Assembly: GCA_963835905.1 (NCBI GenBank)
Contig: CAWIHG010000001.1
Coordinates: forward strand, 163,049-227,048
Length of the DNA stretch: 64,000 nucleotides
Source: an uncultured delta proteobacterium
Lineage (GTDB): Bacteria > Desulfobacterota > Binatia > Binatales > Binataceae
Direction of reading: 5' to 3'
Shown here: piece by piece, positions 1 through 8,756 of the stretch
How the letters are laid out: the number at the start of each line of letters is the position of its first letter
Numbering within the stretch: position 1 is the first letter of the stretch
Translations under genes and position numbers: made by a program
Notes under the pieces: generated by a model
What the model saw: only the letters and a program-made list of their open reading frames with translations
What the model was told of the DNA's origin: nothing
The model's database searches: none

Positions 1-471
1 AGTTGGCGATCCGGGAGACAGCGTCCAGGTGTCACCGTCGTCAGTCGAAACGTAAACGCCGATTCCCTTGACGAAGCCGTTGTTGAACTCGTTGCCGGTG
101 CCCGCGTACACGATCGACTTGTTGGCGGCATCCAGAGTCACCGCGCCCATCGATAGCGAATCCAGGAAGTCGGTCTTGGGGGCCCAGGTATCGCCGCCGT
201 CGGTGCTCTTCCAGATGCCGCCGTCATTGGTCGCGACAAAGATTACGTCGTCGCTGGAGTTGCGCGGATCGATCGCGATGTCCACGATTTGCCCCGAATC
301 CGGTCCTGCGCCCTGATAGTTCTGATTGTGGTCGATTTGCAGCGGCGCGGGACCTATCTGGTTCCATTGCACGCCCGCAAAACCTCCGGCGCGGGTGGTG
401 GCCAGAAACGCGGCTGCCGCAATCATCAGCGAAACAACGATGGCAAGCGCCATCCGGTATTGTGCTTTCAT
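1..471 (-). CDS. secreted BNR/Asp-box beta-propeller protein, N-terminal part (gene continues past the left edge)
   Basis: Absent from the ORF track because there is no stop inside the window. My translation of the minus strand from ATG at 471 gives MKAQYRMALAIVVSLMIAAAAFLATT (signal peptide), then Asp-box motifs STDGGDTW and STDDGDTW. GGAG lies 7 nt upstream of the ATG. Confidence 0.6.
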   Translation of the reverse strand, partial: MKAQYRMALAIVVSLMIAAAAFLATTRAGGFAGVQWNQIGPAPLQIDHNQNYQGAGPDSGQIVDIAIDPRNSSDDVIFVATNDGGIWKSTDGGDTWAPKTDFLDSLSMGAVTLDAANKSIVYAGTGNEFNNGFVKGIGVYVSTDDGDTWTLSPGSPT

Positions 472-545
472 GGTCGGAATCTCCAGTTGCGATGAACGAC
501 GACCCCCCGGTCACTGCGCCCGCGCCGCGGCGCCAGCGCGTGGCG

Positions 546-905
546 CTATTTCGACGCCGCGGTCGAAGGCGCCGCTGACGGCGCGGCGGGATGCGAGCCG
601 ATCGAGGGCGCAACCTTCATCTGGTGCATGTGCTGGACGCCCTTGAGCTCGAGATCGGGCCGGACCTTGCCGGTCGCGTCGGAGTGCTGGCGGAGATATT
701 CCTTGCGCTGGAACTTGCGCAAGGTCTGCTCGCCCAACAGTCCGTGCGCCTTTCCGGGCGTAGTCGGACTGGGCTCGGCGGAAGGACCGGCGGCCTGGGC
801 GTGCGCCAGGCTTGCGCTCCAGTGGCCGATAAGAGTTCCCCCGGAAGACTGGACGCCCACGGCGATTGCGGCCGCCGCAATCCATCTCCATCGCTTGCGT
901 GACAT
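546..905 (-). CDS. hypothetical secreted protein (119 aa)
   Basis: Signal-like N-terminus MSRKRWRWIAAAAIAVGV. GGAG 7 nt upstream of ATG. Codon third positions are strongly G/C-biased. No family recognised. Confidence 0.5.
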   Translation of the reverse strand: MSRKRWRWIAAAAIAVGVQSSGGTLIGHWSASLAHAQAAGPSAEPSPTTPGKAHGLLGEQTLRKFQRKEYLRQHSDATGKVRPDLELKGVQHMHQMKVAPSIGSHPAAPSAAPSTAASK

Positions 906-1323
906 GGCTCTGCTCCTGGAGCGGGACTAAATCCGCACTCCGCTTGGGCGCCGCGTTAGCGCATCGGGCGCGTCGGCGGCGCAATCCATTGGCGTACCGT
1001 TCGGCGACGCAGCGGACCGGTCGCAACTGGCGGCTCACCGCGCGCCGGCCGCATGATCGTCGGCGCCTCCCGCGCCTCGATCATCCCGAGTTCGCTCCGT
1101 CGAACCTGGTCGGATGCTCCCAGGCGGAACGACGTGTACGGTTGCGGCGCGAATATGTCAAACACTAACTACTGGGTGGCAGTCTTCTTGACACGAAGTT
1201 TCGCGCTTAGGCATATTTTGTTAATTGCATTTGAATTGAGCAATTTGCTGCTCATGTCTCTGATGGATCCGCTTATAATCATACTGCGAATATTGTCAGC
1301 TTATGCGCACAAATGCAGCGGTG

Positions 1324-1352
1324 GCGCGGCGGCCGCGATGCGGCCGCCGCGC
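1324..1352. other. perfect GC hairpin (13-bp stem GCGCGGCGGCCGC, 3-nt loop)
   Basis: Inverted repeat read directly: GCGCGGCGGCCGC gat GCGGCCGCCGCGC. Intergenic, 44 nt from a second hairpin. Confidence 0.6.
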
Positions 1353-1396
1353 GCACAAGCTCGGGATTGCCGGCGTGCGTGACGATGTCAAATGAC

Positions 1397-1428
1397 GAGC
1401 GGCCGCGGGTGAGTACCCGCGGCCGCTC
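1397..1428 (-). terminator. probable intrinsic terminator of the 1455-4313 gene
   Basis: Perfect 13-bp stem GAGCGGCCGCGGG / CCCGCGGCCGCTC with a 6-nt loop, 27 nt downstream of the TAA stop at 1455-1457. On the minus strand it is followed by GTCATTTGAC, a weak U-tract. Confidence 0.5.
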
Positions 1429-1454
1429 GGTTTCGTGGCGTTATTGGTTATCGG

Positions 1455-4313
1455 TTAGAAGTTGACGACCAGAAGCGGAGTGAAGGAACAGGTGGTGATG
1501 TTGAACTTAAGCACCTGCGCCTTGTGTCCCTTGATCTTGACCTTCAGCCGATAGGTTCCCGCCTTCAGTTGCACCGGGTTGCTCGCTCCGCCGAACTCCG
1601 CATGGTACTGGAATCCGGGGCATGGACCCGATGCCGTCACCGTGGTCAACGGGACGTTCTTCAACGTCTTGAGGCCCACGATGTGCGCGGGTTGGTCAGG
1701 CGACACTGCGACCTGCAGTTTTATCCTCTTCACCACCGAAACCGGCACGCCGCCCTCGAGCACCAGTAGGCGCACGCCACGATGAGTGGCCTCGCCGCAG
1801 ACTGGAATCGAGTCGGTCGTCGTCGCGTGGGTGATCGGATCGTTCTCGAACGTGACATCCACGCTCGCGGTGCTGGTGCGATTGACAGCCAGCGGAGCGA
1901 AGACGGCGCTGAGATCGCCCGAACCAAGCTGATCGCCCGGAGCGATCGTGGCAGGCAGACCGGTAAGTCCGGTCAGCGAATAGTCGGTCGCATCCGCGCC
2001 GCTGATGGCCACGTTCGTGACCTTCACCGGGCAGCTTCCGGTATTAGCAACCGGAACTCCGAGCTTCGAGCTGCACGCCGCGTCGCCCTGGATCACGGTG
2101 GGCGGGAATGTCAGTCCGGCCGGCACCGTGAGCGATGCGGACCCGGTGGGCGTGGTTCCGGTCAGCGGAACCACCAGGCTCGGATTGCTCGGATCGTCGC
2201 TGTTGATGGTCAGGGTGCACGATTTCGGCCCCGCCGAGGTCGGCGTGAACTGCACCGTCAGACCGAGGTTGGAGTCATGGCTGATCGCCACCGGGAACAC
2301 CGGACTGTTCTCCAGCGTGAAATCCGCGCACGAAACCACCGCCGAGGTCACGTTGAGATTGCACATCCCAACGTTGTTGATTAGTACCGATTGCGCCGGC
2401 GTGCTGCCGCCGCAGACCTGCCCTCCGAACGAGGTGCTGCCGGTTACCGAAATGGTGCCCGACGGCGCGTTGCAGGTTGCGGTGACCAGAGTGTTTGGGT
2501 TGGCCGGATCGTTGCTCGCGATCGTGAAGGTCGCGGTCTTGGCCCCCAGCGTGGTCGGCGAGCATGCCACCGTGAAGTCGTAATGCGCATCCGGACTGAT
2601 ATTGAGCGGGAAGGTCGGAGTGCTGACGATCGAGACATCGGTGCTGCCCGAAGTCCGCGTGATACTGGTCACGATCAGCGTATCGGCACCGGTGTTCGAC
2701 AGCTCCATCTGCGCCTGCCCCGTGTCCGTCCGGCAAACGTCGCCGATCGGCAGCGAGGGATTGGTGGACAATTGCGGCGCGAGAGTGACCTTGAAGAAAA
2801 TCGGGTCGCTGCTCGCCGAGGTCTTTCCGAGCGCCGCGCCGTTGCCGGTAAAGACGCCGTAGAAAGTACCACCGGCCTGCGTGCCGCCAACCGTCTTCAA
2901 CTCCTGATAGTCGCCCAGTACGCGCTGGCGCGAATCCAAATTGTCGGTCGCGGGTGACAGGAAGGTCAGCAGAGTCTTATCGGTGAAGGTCGCCCCCGCG
3001 TCTGTGCTGTAAGTGAAGTGCCCCGAGAAGGTCGGGAAGCCGTCCGACGAGAATCCGTCGAAGCTGGTGTACAGCACGCCCACGGTACCGTCCGGCGCCA
3101 CCGCTACCGAAGGCAGCGCGGCCTCAACGCCAGCCGGCGAGACCCGGTGAGGCGTTCCCGCCGTCGCAGTGCCGGATCCGTCGAAGGTCACCTTGACGAT
3201 CCATAACCCGTCACCGCCGCTGCCGTTGTCGTCACCAAAGACGACGTAGACGTCGCCGGTGGTGGGATTCACCGCCAGGTGATCGATACCGCCCAGCAAG
3301 GCATTAACCGTCCCGAACTTGGGCGTAGGCTGGATCGTCGATCCGTCGGCAACCCCGACGCCGTTCGGATTCCCGTTCAGGGTCCAAGTGGTTCCGGCAT
3401 CAGTCGATCGATTCAGGATGTAGCTGATCCCTTTCGGCGATCCTCCGCAATTTAAGACGCAGATCTGATTGAGCGTGTAGATATTTCCGGTCCTCGGATC
3501 CCCGGCCATCCGGAGCCCCGGGTTGATTCCGCCGCCGCCTGCGCCCGCGCTGGCCAGGTTGTCAGCCGTGAAGTTCGGCGGATTGGTGCCGATCGCGGCG
3601 GACACTCGCTGGTCCGGCGGCGCGGCGTTGAAATTGTCGTAACCGACGTAAGTATTGGCCTGCGTGGGAATCATCGGATCGGGATTTGATATCAGCCACG
3701 GCTGATCCGCTCCGTTGAACGATCCGGCGTTGGAGTCGGTCAACTGAGCGTTACCGCCGCTCAGGAAGTAACCAAACAGCGAGGCCGCCGGGGTCCCGTT
3801 GGATGCGCTGAAGATATCAGTCGCCCCGGTCAGGAACGTGCCATACAGGACGCTGTCGATGCCCCAGTCGATAGTGGTGTCGCACGGGCATCCGCCGGTA
3901 GACGCCGCGCCCGGAGGCGCCGGAATCGAATTTACCCGGCTCCAGGTAAGTCCGCCGTCGCTCGAGGTGTAGTAAGGTGCGTTGCCGTTCCATCCGCCGA
4001 AACCGCCATGAACGACGATATTCTTGGGATTGGTCGGGTCGATCGCGATGCTCGGCTCGCTGCCATCCTGCGTGTCGATGTTGTTGACGTCGATCACGAA
4101 GAATCCGGGCGAGATGAATCCCGCGACTGTGCCGGTTGAGTCGGCTGCCACTGAAGACCGGGTATGGCTGCTGGTGTCGGGTGGCCAGCTTCGCACGGAT
4201 GAAGCCGGAGCCGGATCTGTTGGTGCAGCAGCTTCAGAAGTCCACGAAGTGAAAGCTGCGGCAACGGTCAGAGAAATTACAACTGCCGCTACGAACGAAT
4301 AGCGCCTAATCAT
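1455..4313 (-). CDS. large secreted protein: Asp-box (BNR/sialidase-like) propeller region plus three choice-of-anchor-D/HYDIN-like Ig modules
   Basis: 960-aa ORF. Likely start is the second Met (MIRRYSFVAAVVISLTVAAAF, signal peptide). Asp-boxes SSDGGLTW, STDAGTTW, STDAGATF. Three C-terminal ~90-aa modules end in SNDPANP, SDDPSNP and ENDP motifs. The protein ends in LLVVNF. Confidence 0.8.
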   Translation of the reverse strand: MIRRYSFVAAVVISLTVAAAFTSWTSEAAAPTDPAPASSVRSWPPDTSSHTRSSVAADSTGTVAGFISPGFFVIDVNNIDTQDGSEPSIAIDPTNPKNIVVHGGFGGWNGNAPYYTSSDGGLTWSRVNSIPAPPGAASTGGCPCDTTIDWGIDSVLYGTFLTGATDIFSASNGTPAASLFGYFLSGGNAQLTDSNAGSFNGADQPWLISNPDPMIPTQANTYVGYDNFNAAPPDQRVSAAIGTNPPNFTADNLASAGAGGGGINPGLRMAGDPRTGNIYTLNQICVLNCGGSPKGISYILNRSTDAGTTWTLNGNPNGVGVADGSTIQPTPKFGTVNALLGGIDHLAVNPTTGDVYVVFGDDNGSGGDGLWIVKVTFDGSGTATAGTPHRVSPAGVEAALPSVAVAPDGTVGVLYTSFDGFSSDGFPTFSGHFTYSTDAGATFTDKTLLTFLSPATDNLDSRQRVLGDYQELKTVGGTQAGGTFYGVFTGNGAALGKTSASSDPIFFKVTLAPQLSTNPSLPIGDVCRTDTGQAQMELSNTGADTLIVTSITRTSGSTDVSIVSTPTFPLNISPDAHYDFTVACSPTTLGAKTATFTIASNDPANPNTLVTATCNAPSGTISVTGSTSFGGQVCGGSTPAQSVLINNVGMCNLNVTSAVVSCADFTLENSPVFPVAISHDSNLGLTVQFTPTSAGPKSCTLTINSDDPSNPSLVVPLTGTTPTGSASLTVPAGLTFPPTVIQGDAACSSKLGVPVANTGSCPVKVTNVAISGADATDYSLTGLTGLPATIAPGDQLGSGDLSAVFAPLAVNRTSTASVDVTFENDPITHATTTDSIPVCGEATHRGVRLLVLEGGVPVSVVKRIKLQVAVSPDQPAHIVGLKTLKNVPLTTVTASGPCPGFQYHAEFGGASNPVQLKAGTYRLKVKIKGHKAQVLKFNITTCSFTPLLVVNF

Positions 4314-4506
4314 GAACACCCCCCGCGAGGTTTCCAATTGGACCCTCGCTATTGTGTTCCGTGGAGTTATCAGTCGAACCGAAAAAGCTCTCGAATTTTA
4401 ATCAGTGAAATTTCGCGTTTTTCCTTCTCCCTGTTGTGGATTTTGGTGCGTCAGTCGCGATCTCACGTTTCTGCTGGTGAAGATTCCTCCGTGCTTACCG
4501 CGCGCT

Positions 4507-4740
4507 TCACGGCGTGACATCCCGGCTCCGGTCCGGCGGATAGCTCATGAATTGCCGCTGATTTGGCACCACCGAGGGCCTCGCCGTTGGCGTCGCTGAA
4601 CTCGCCGCGGTGGAGACCGCAGTTGCAGCCCCTGCGGCGGGCGACGCTGCCGCACTCACCGCCGCGGGCGCGGGGCCAGTGCAACTCGCCGCCAGCAACA
4701 GTGTCGCAGCCGCAATTGCAATCGTGCACATCGCAAACAT
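4507..4740 (-). CDS. possible small lipoprotein (77 aa, Ala/Ser/Thr-rich)
   Basis: MFAMCTIAIAAATLLLAASCTG looks like a lipobox (AASC). Low-complexity remainder. An overlapping alternative frame exists. Confidence 0.3.
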   Translation of the reverse strand: MFAMCTIAIAAATLLLAASCTGPAPAAVSAAASPAAGAATAVSTAASSATPTARPSVVPNQRQFMSYPPDRSRDVTP

Positions 4741-4912
4741 GACTCGTGGCTCTTTGGCGCGCTCGAATGCTCCTCAGACGTTCGACATCTAAGACTCCAC
4801 CCGAGTTATGTCAAATAGTCACTACTCAGTGGAGATATATTCGACACGCGGTTTTGAGATTCAACGGGCTACGCAGGCTCGGGCTTGTTCATTGTAGGCG
4901 CAGATTGCCAAT

Positions 4913-4941
4913 TTGACGTACCTCATCATAGTCATTATCAA
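4913..4941 (+). promoter_or_regulatory. candidate sigma70-type promoter for the 5085 gene
   Basis: TTGACG, 17 nt, TATCAA inside an AT-rich stretch, about 145 nt upstream of ATG 5085. Confidence 0.3.
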
Positions 4942-5084
4942 TTTTATGTTGTGTTTGGCGCGTTTGGCCGGCCACTGCGCCTTTAAGATCCGGATGTCGC
5001 CGCGCACACGGCGCCCGCGAGCGGTTGGACTGCCCCCCTTCACTTCCTGCTATAACTCGCGCGCAAGGAGAGAGGTGCTCGACC

Positions 5085-6365
5085 ATGCCCAAGGCCCCCG
5101 CAGACTACCAGCTCCGCTATCCGGTTGATTTCGGCGATATCGATCCGCACGCGAGCAGTCGCGCCGTGCAGCTCTATGGGTCGGACTTCGGCAAGTCGCG
5201 CGGGTTGCTGTGGATGCCGCCGCGCGGAAAGCCGCGCACCTGCGTGATCATGGCGCATCCGCGCGTGGACTTCTCGATGCACTACTCGATTCCGTTCTGG
5301 GTCGAGGCGGGATTCGCGGCGTTCGGGTTCAACACGCGCTACCTCAACAATGACGCGGGCATGCTGCACGAGAGCCTGTTGCTCGATCTCGCGGCGGGGA
5401 TACGGTTCCTGCGCGAGGAGCAAGGCTTCGAGCGAATCGTGATGCTGGGGAACTCGGGCGGTGGGTCGCTGTTCTCCTACTATCACGCGCAGGCGGCCGC
5501 GCCGAAGGGCCAGCGGGTCGCGTCACCGCCGGGCGGTGGTCCGCCGGATCTGAATCAGCACGAGCTCCCGCTCGCCGACGGCTTCATCGTGCTCGCCGCG
5601 CATCCGGGACAGGGCATGGTCCTGATGAATTGCCTGGATGCCGCAGTGGCCGACGAATCGGATCCGAACGCGACCGATGCGGCGCTCGACATGTATGACG
5701 AGCGCAACGGCTTTCGCCTGCCGCCGGCCGAGAGCCGGTACGCGCCCGAGTTTGTCGAGCGCTACCGCGCGGGACAGCGCGCGCGATGCGCCCGAATCGA
5801 CGCGATCGCGCGGCGCCATATCGCGGAGGCCGCCGACGCGCGCGCGCGGATGCGGGCGCCGGAATTCGGGGCCTCGGACGCCGAGCGGCGCAACTTCGTC
5901 GGGCGGCGCGCGATGGCGCCGCGCTTCATGGTCGTGTACCGCACTCAGGCCAACCCGAACTACTGCGATCTCTCACTGGATTCCTCCGAGCGCGTGGTCG
6001 GCTCGATCATTTCCCCGCGTCCCGACCTCGCCAACTACAGCGCGTTCGGATTGGGCCGAATCGCGACTCCCGAGGCGTGGCTCTCGACCTGGTCGGGACT
6101 GTCGTCTTACGCGCGGACCGCGGCCAATCTGCCCAAGGTCGCGGTGCCAACGCTGGTGGTCGGCGCGGGCGGCGACCAGGACATCTTTCCCTCCGACGTG
6201 CGCGCGGAGTACGAGGCCTCGGGCGCGCAGGACAAGACGCTCAGCTTCATCGAGGGCGCCGATCACTTCATGCGGGCGGGTGGGAAGAAATCCAATCTTG
6301 GCGATCCGCGTCCGCGCCTGATGAAGGTCCTCACCGAGTGGACGCTCAAGCGGTTTGGGCCGTAG
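5085..6365 (+). CDS. alpha/beta hydrolase family protein
   Basis: ORF 5025-6365. Start re-picked at MPKAPADY (AAGGAGAG about 10 nt upstream). Nucleophile elbow GNSGGG. Confidence 0.8.
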   Translation: MPKAPADYQLRYPVDFGDIDPHASSRAVQLYGSDFGKSRGLLWMPPRGKPRTCVIMAHPRVDFSMHYSIPFWVEAGFAAFGFNTRYLNNDAGMLHESLLLDLAAGIRFLREEQGFERIVMLGNSGGGSLFSYYHAQAAAPKGQRVASPPGGGPPDLNQHELPLADGFIVLAAHPGQGMVLMNCLDAAVADESDPNATDAALDMYDERNGFRLPPAESRYAPEFVERYRAGQRARCARIDAIARRHIAEAADARARMRAPEFGASDAERRNFVGRRAMAPRFMVVYRTQANPNYCDLSLDSSERVVGSIISPRPDLANYSAFGLGRIATPEAWLSTWSGLSSYARTAANLPKVAVPTLVVGAGGDQDIFPSDVRAEYEASGAQDKTLSFIEGADHFMRAGGKKSNLGDPRPRLMKVLTEWTLKRFGP

Positions 6366-6370
6366 CGCGC

Positions 6371-7171
6371 TCACGCCGAAGCGGTAATCACCACGCAGTC
6401 GCCGGCGTGCTGGTGATCGCGGTCAAATGGCGCAGCGATCCGCGCAAACTCTCCCCCCGCCAGATCGGCGCGCAGGCGCCGCAGGCCCCGCTCGCACTCC
6501 GCTTCGCCCAGCCGCCGGAATCCCGAGGTCGCCGCGCGAAAGTGCGCGTCGAATAGAAGCTCGGGCCGCGTGCGCGCCGCTTCGAAGGTCAGATCGCCCG
6601 AGCCGGAGTAGAAGATCTGACGAGCACGCACGCGCGCGAATCCCGCCTGCAGCATCGCGGTCACGATCGCGCCGAGCGGCGGATGAAGCGGCAGCAGCAC
6701 GTCGTCGATAGCGGGAAAGTAGTGCCGGTACCACAGCGTGGCGAGGTTCTCGCGCGCCACCGCCTGCACGACCGCGCATCGGCGCACGACGCGCCTTAGC
6801 TCGCGCAGCGCCCCGTGCAAGTCGCCGAGATGATGCAGCACGTTCACGCCGGTGGCGGCGTCCATCGCGCCTCCGCGCAGCGGAATCGCGCACGCGTCGG
6901 CGCGGATCCATCGTGCGGCCGCCTTGGCGCGACCCATCGCGATCATCTCCGCTGACGGGTCCAGCGCGATGGTATCGCGGCCGCCTGCCACCAGCTCGCG
7001 CGTGTAGTTCCCCGTGCCGGCGCCGATTTCGACCACGCTGCGCGCGCCCGCGGCATCCAGGGCCGCACTCAGGGCGGAAACGATCGCGGGCTCGGCGCGC
7101 CGCGAGCCGTCGTAACGCGGTGCGATTTCGCGGTAGTCGATTTTCCTAAGCCCGGTCATCGAGCGCCGCAT
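6371..7171 (-). CDS. class I SAM-dependent methyltransferase
   Basis: Motif I VVEIGAGTGNYTREL. Start is uncertain (Met at 7171 or 7159). The ORF-track N-terminal extension is unlikely to be real. Confidence 0.75.
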   Translation of the reverse strand: MRRSMTGLRKIDYREIAPRYDGSRRAEPAIVSALSAALDAAGARSVVEIGAGTGNYTRELVAGGRDTIALDPSAEMIAMGRAKAAARWIRADACAIPLRGGAMDAATGVNVLHHLGDLHGALRELRRVVRRCAVVQAVARENLATLWYRHYFPAIDDVLLPLHPPLGAIVTAMLQAGFARVRARQIFYSGSGDLTFEAARTRPELLFDAHFRAATSGFRRLGEAECERGLRRLRADLAGGEFARIAAPFDRDHQHAGDCVVITASA

Positions 7172-7329
7172 TAATTCCGCAGGAGGGCAGTGATTCCACG
7201 ATGCATCGGAGGATGCCTCGAGGCAACCTACGCCGTGGAATCGTTCTTGCACCGCAAGCTTGCGGCGCCGCAGCGTCGCGCCAAGTGTTTCCTGGCGATA
7301 CACTTTGAATCCCGAGACGAGTCAATACG

Positions 7330-8640
7330 ATGTACGAAGCCGAATACCGGTCCAAGCGAATGATGCCCGAGGACGCCGTCCAGCTCATCCCGGCGCGCGG
7401 GTCGCTCGGGATGGGGATGGCGGTGAGTGAGCCGCCCGCGCTGCTGGCGGCGCTGGAAAAGCGAATCAAGGCGGGCGCGATCGAAGAGCTGCGCGTCTAT
7501 TACTCGCACTCGGTGCCCGCGGCAGCCAGCACGATTCTGAAGTACGAGTACATGGATGTGGTCAAGCCGCATGCATTCTTCCTCACCCTCATCGAGCGCG
7601 AACTGATGAAGCAGGGCGCCGCGGCGGGCCGCCGGGTGATCGATTTCATGCCCGGAAACTTCAGCAGCATGCCGCGGATCCTGGCCGAGATCGGGATGGA
7701 CGCGTTCATCGTGATGGTCTCTCCGATGGACAAGGGCGGGTTCTTCAGTTGCGGCACCAACTGCGATTACACGGTTCCCACCGCGCGAATCGCCGGGAAC
7801 CTGATCGTCGAGGTCAATCCGCAGATGCCGCGGGTGTTCGGCGAGTCGGGCATCCATATCTCCGACGTCGAGGCGATCGTCGAGCACGACAGCCCGCTCG
7901 CCGAGCTGCCGATGCGCGCACCGACCCCGCTGGATCGCGAGATCAGCCGGTTCATCGTTGACCTGGTGCCGGATCGCGCAACCCTGCAGATCGGAGTGGG
8001 CGGCGTGCCCAACGCGGTGTGCGCGGCGCTGACCGGCAACAAGGACCTTGGAATTCACACCGAGCTGATAACGCCGGCGCTGGTCGATCTGATCAAGTCG
8101 GGCGCGGTCACCAACAAGTACAAGAACATCAACCGCTTCAAGAACGTGTACACGCTGGCGGCGGGCGATCGCGCGTTCTACGAATTCCTTGACGACAACT
8201 CGAGCATGGTCGCCTACCCGGTCGATTACGTGAACGACCCTTACATGATCGCGCGCAACGATCGGGTTGTCTCGATCAACGCCTTTTTGCAGGTCGGCCT
8301 GACCGGCGAAGTCAACTCCGAGATCGTCGGGGGACGGCAGTACAGCGCGCCCGGCGGCCAGCTCGACTTCGTGCGCGGCGCGCAGATGTCGGCAGGCGGC
8401 AAATCGATTCTCGCCGCGTACTCGACCGCCGCCGACGGATCCGTGTCGCGCATCGTTGCCCACCTGGAGGGCCCGGCCACCGATCCGCGCGCCGACACGG
8501 AATTTATCGTCACCGAGTACGGCGTCGCACGTCTGCGCGGCAAGTCGAGCCGCGAGCGCGCGGCGGCGCTTATCGCGATTGCGCATCCCAAGTTCCGCGA
8601 CGAGCTGTACGAGACCGCGAAGAAAATCGGCTACCTTTAA
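7330..8640 (+). CDS. 4-hydroxybutyrate CoA-transferase / acetyl-CoA hydrolase-transferase family
   Basis: Similar along most of its length, as far as I can judge by eye, to my recollection of Clostridium Cat2/AbfT, e.g. IVTEYGVARLRGKSSRERAAALIAIAHPKFRDEL and GIHTELI (catalytic Glu context). Confidence 0.85.
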   Translation: MYEAEYRSKRMMPEDAVQLIPARGSLGMGMAVSEPPALLAALEKRIKAGAIEELRVYYSHSVPAAASTILKYEYMDVVKPHAFFLTLIERELMKQGAAAGRRVIDFMPGNFSSMPRILAEIGMDAFIVMVSPMDKGGFFSCGTNCDYTVPTARIAGNLIVEVNPQMPRVFGESGIHISDVEAIVEHDSPLAELPMRAPTPLDREISRFIVDLVPDRATLQIGVGGVPNAVCAALTGNKDLGIHTELITPALVDLIKSGAVTNKYKNINRFKNVYTLAAGDRAFYEFLDDNSSMVAYPVDYVNDPYMIARNDRVVSINAFLQVGLTGEVNSEIVGGRQYSAPGGQLDFVRGAQMSAGGKSILAAYSTAADGSVSRIVAHLEGPATDPRADTEFIVTEYGVARLRGKSSRERAAALIAIAHPKFRDELYETAKKIGYL

Positions 8641-8756
8641 CCCGCCGCGGGATGGCCGCTGCCGCGCGCCGGTGGCATAACGGAAAGCACGGCTTTGATG
8701 AATCGAATCGCCAGCCCCATAGCCGCCATCGACGCGATCCGCAAGGAGCCGCGCCA

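Noticed and set aside
4463-4729. Cys-rich 88-aa minus-strand ORF (MHDCNCGCDT...).
   Set aside because: It overlaps the lipoprotein-like frame, has no RBS, and its composition is consistent with an out-of-frame read of GC-rich Ala codons. Neither frame is strongly supported.
7228-8586. 452-aa minus-strand ORF antisense to the CoA-transferase gene. Similar long antisense ORFs occur at 11417-12658, 12946-14211, 17033-18193, 18190-19395, 19603-20613, 21233-22645, 50777-52039, 53367-54332 and 61740-63305.
   Set aside because: All lie opposite genes with clear family motifs. Their products are Arg/Ala/Gly/Pro-rich with no motifs. These are typical shadow ORFs of a high-GC genome.
8673-8689. Sigma-54-like element TGGCAT-N-AAAGCA upstream of hyhB.
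   Set aside because: The GG to GC spacing is one nucleotide longer than the strict -24/-12 geometry, and the -12 region is AAGCA rather than TTGCA.
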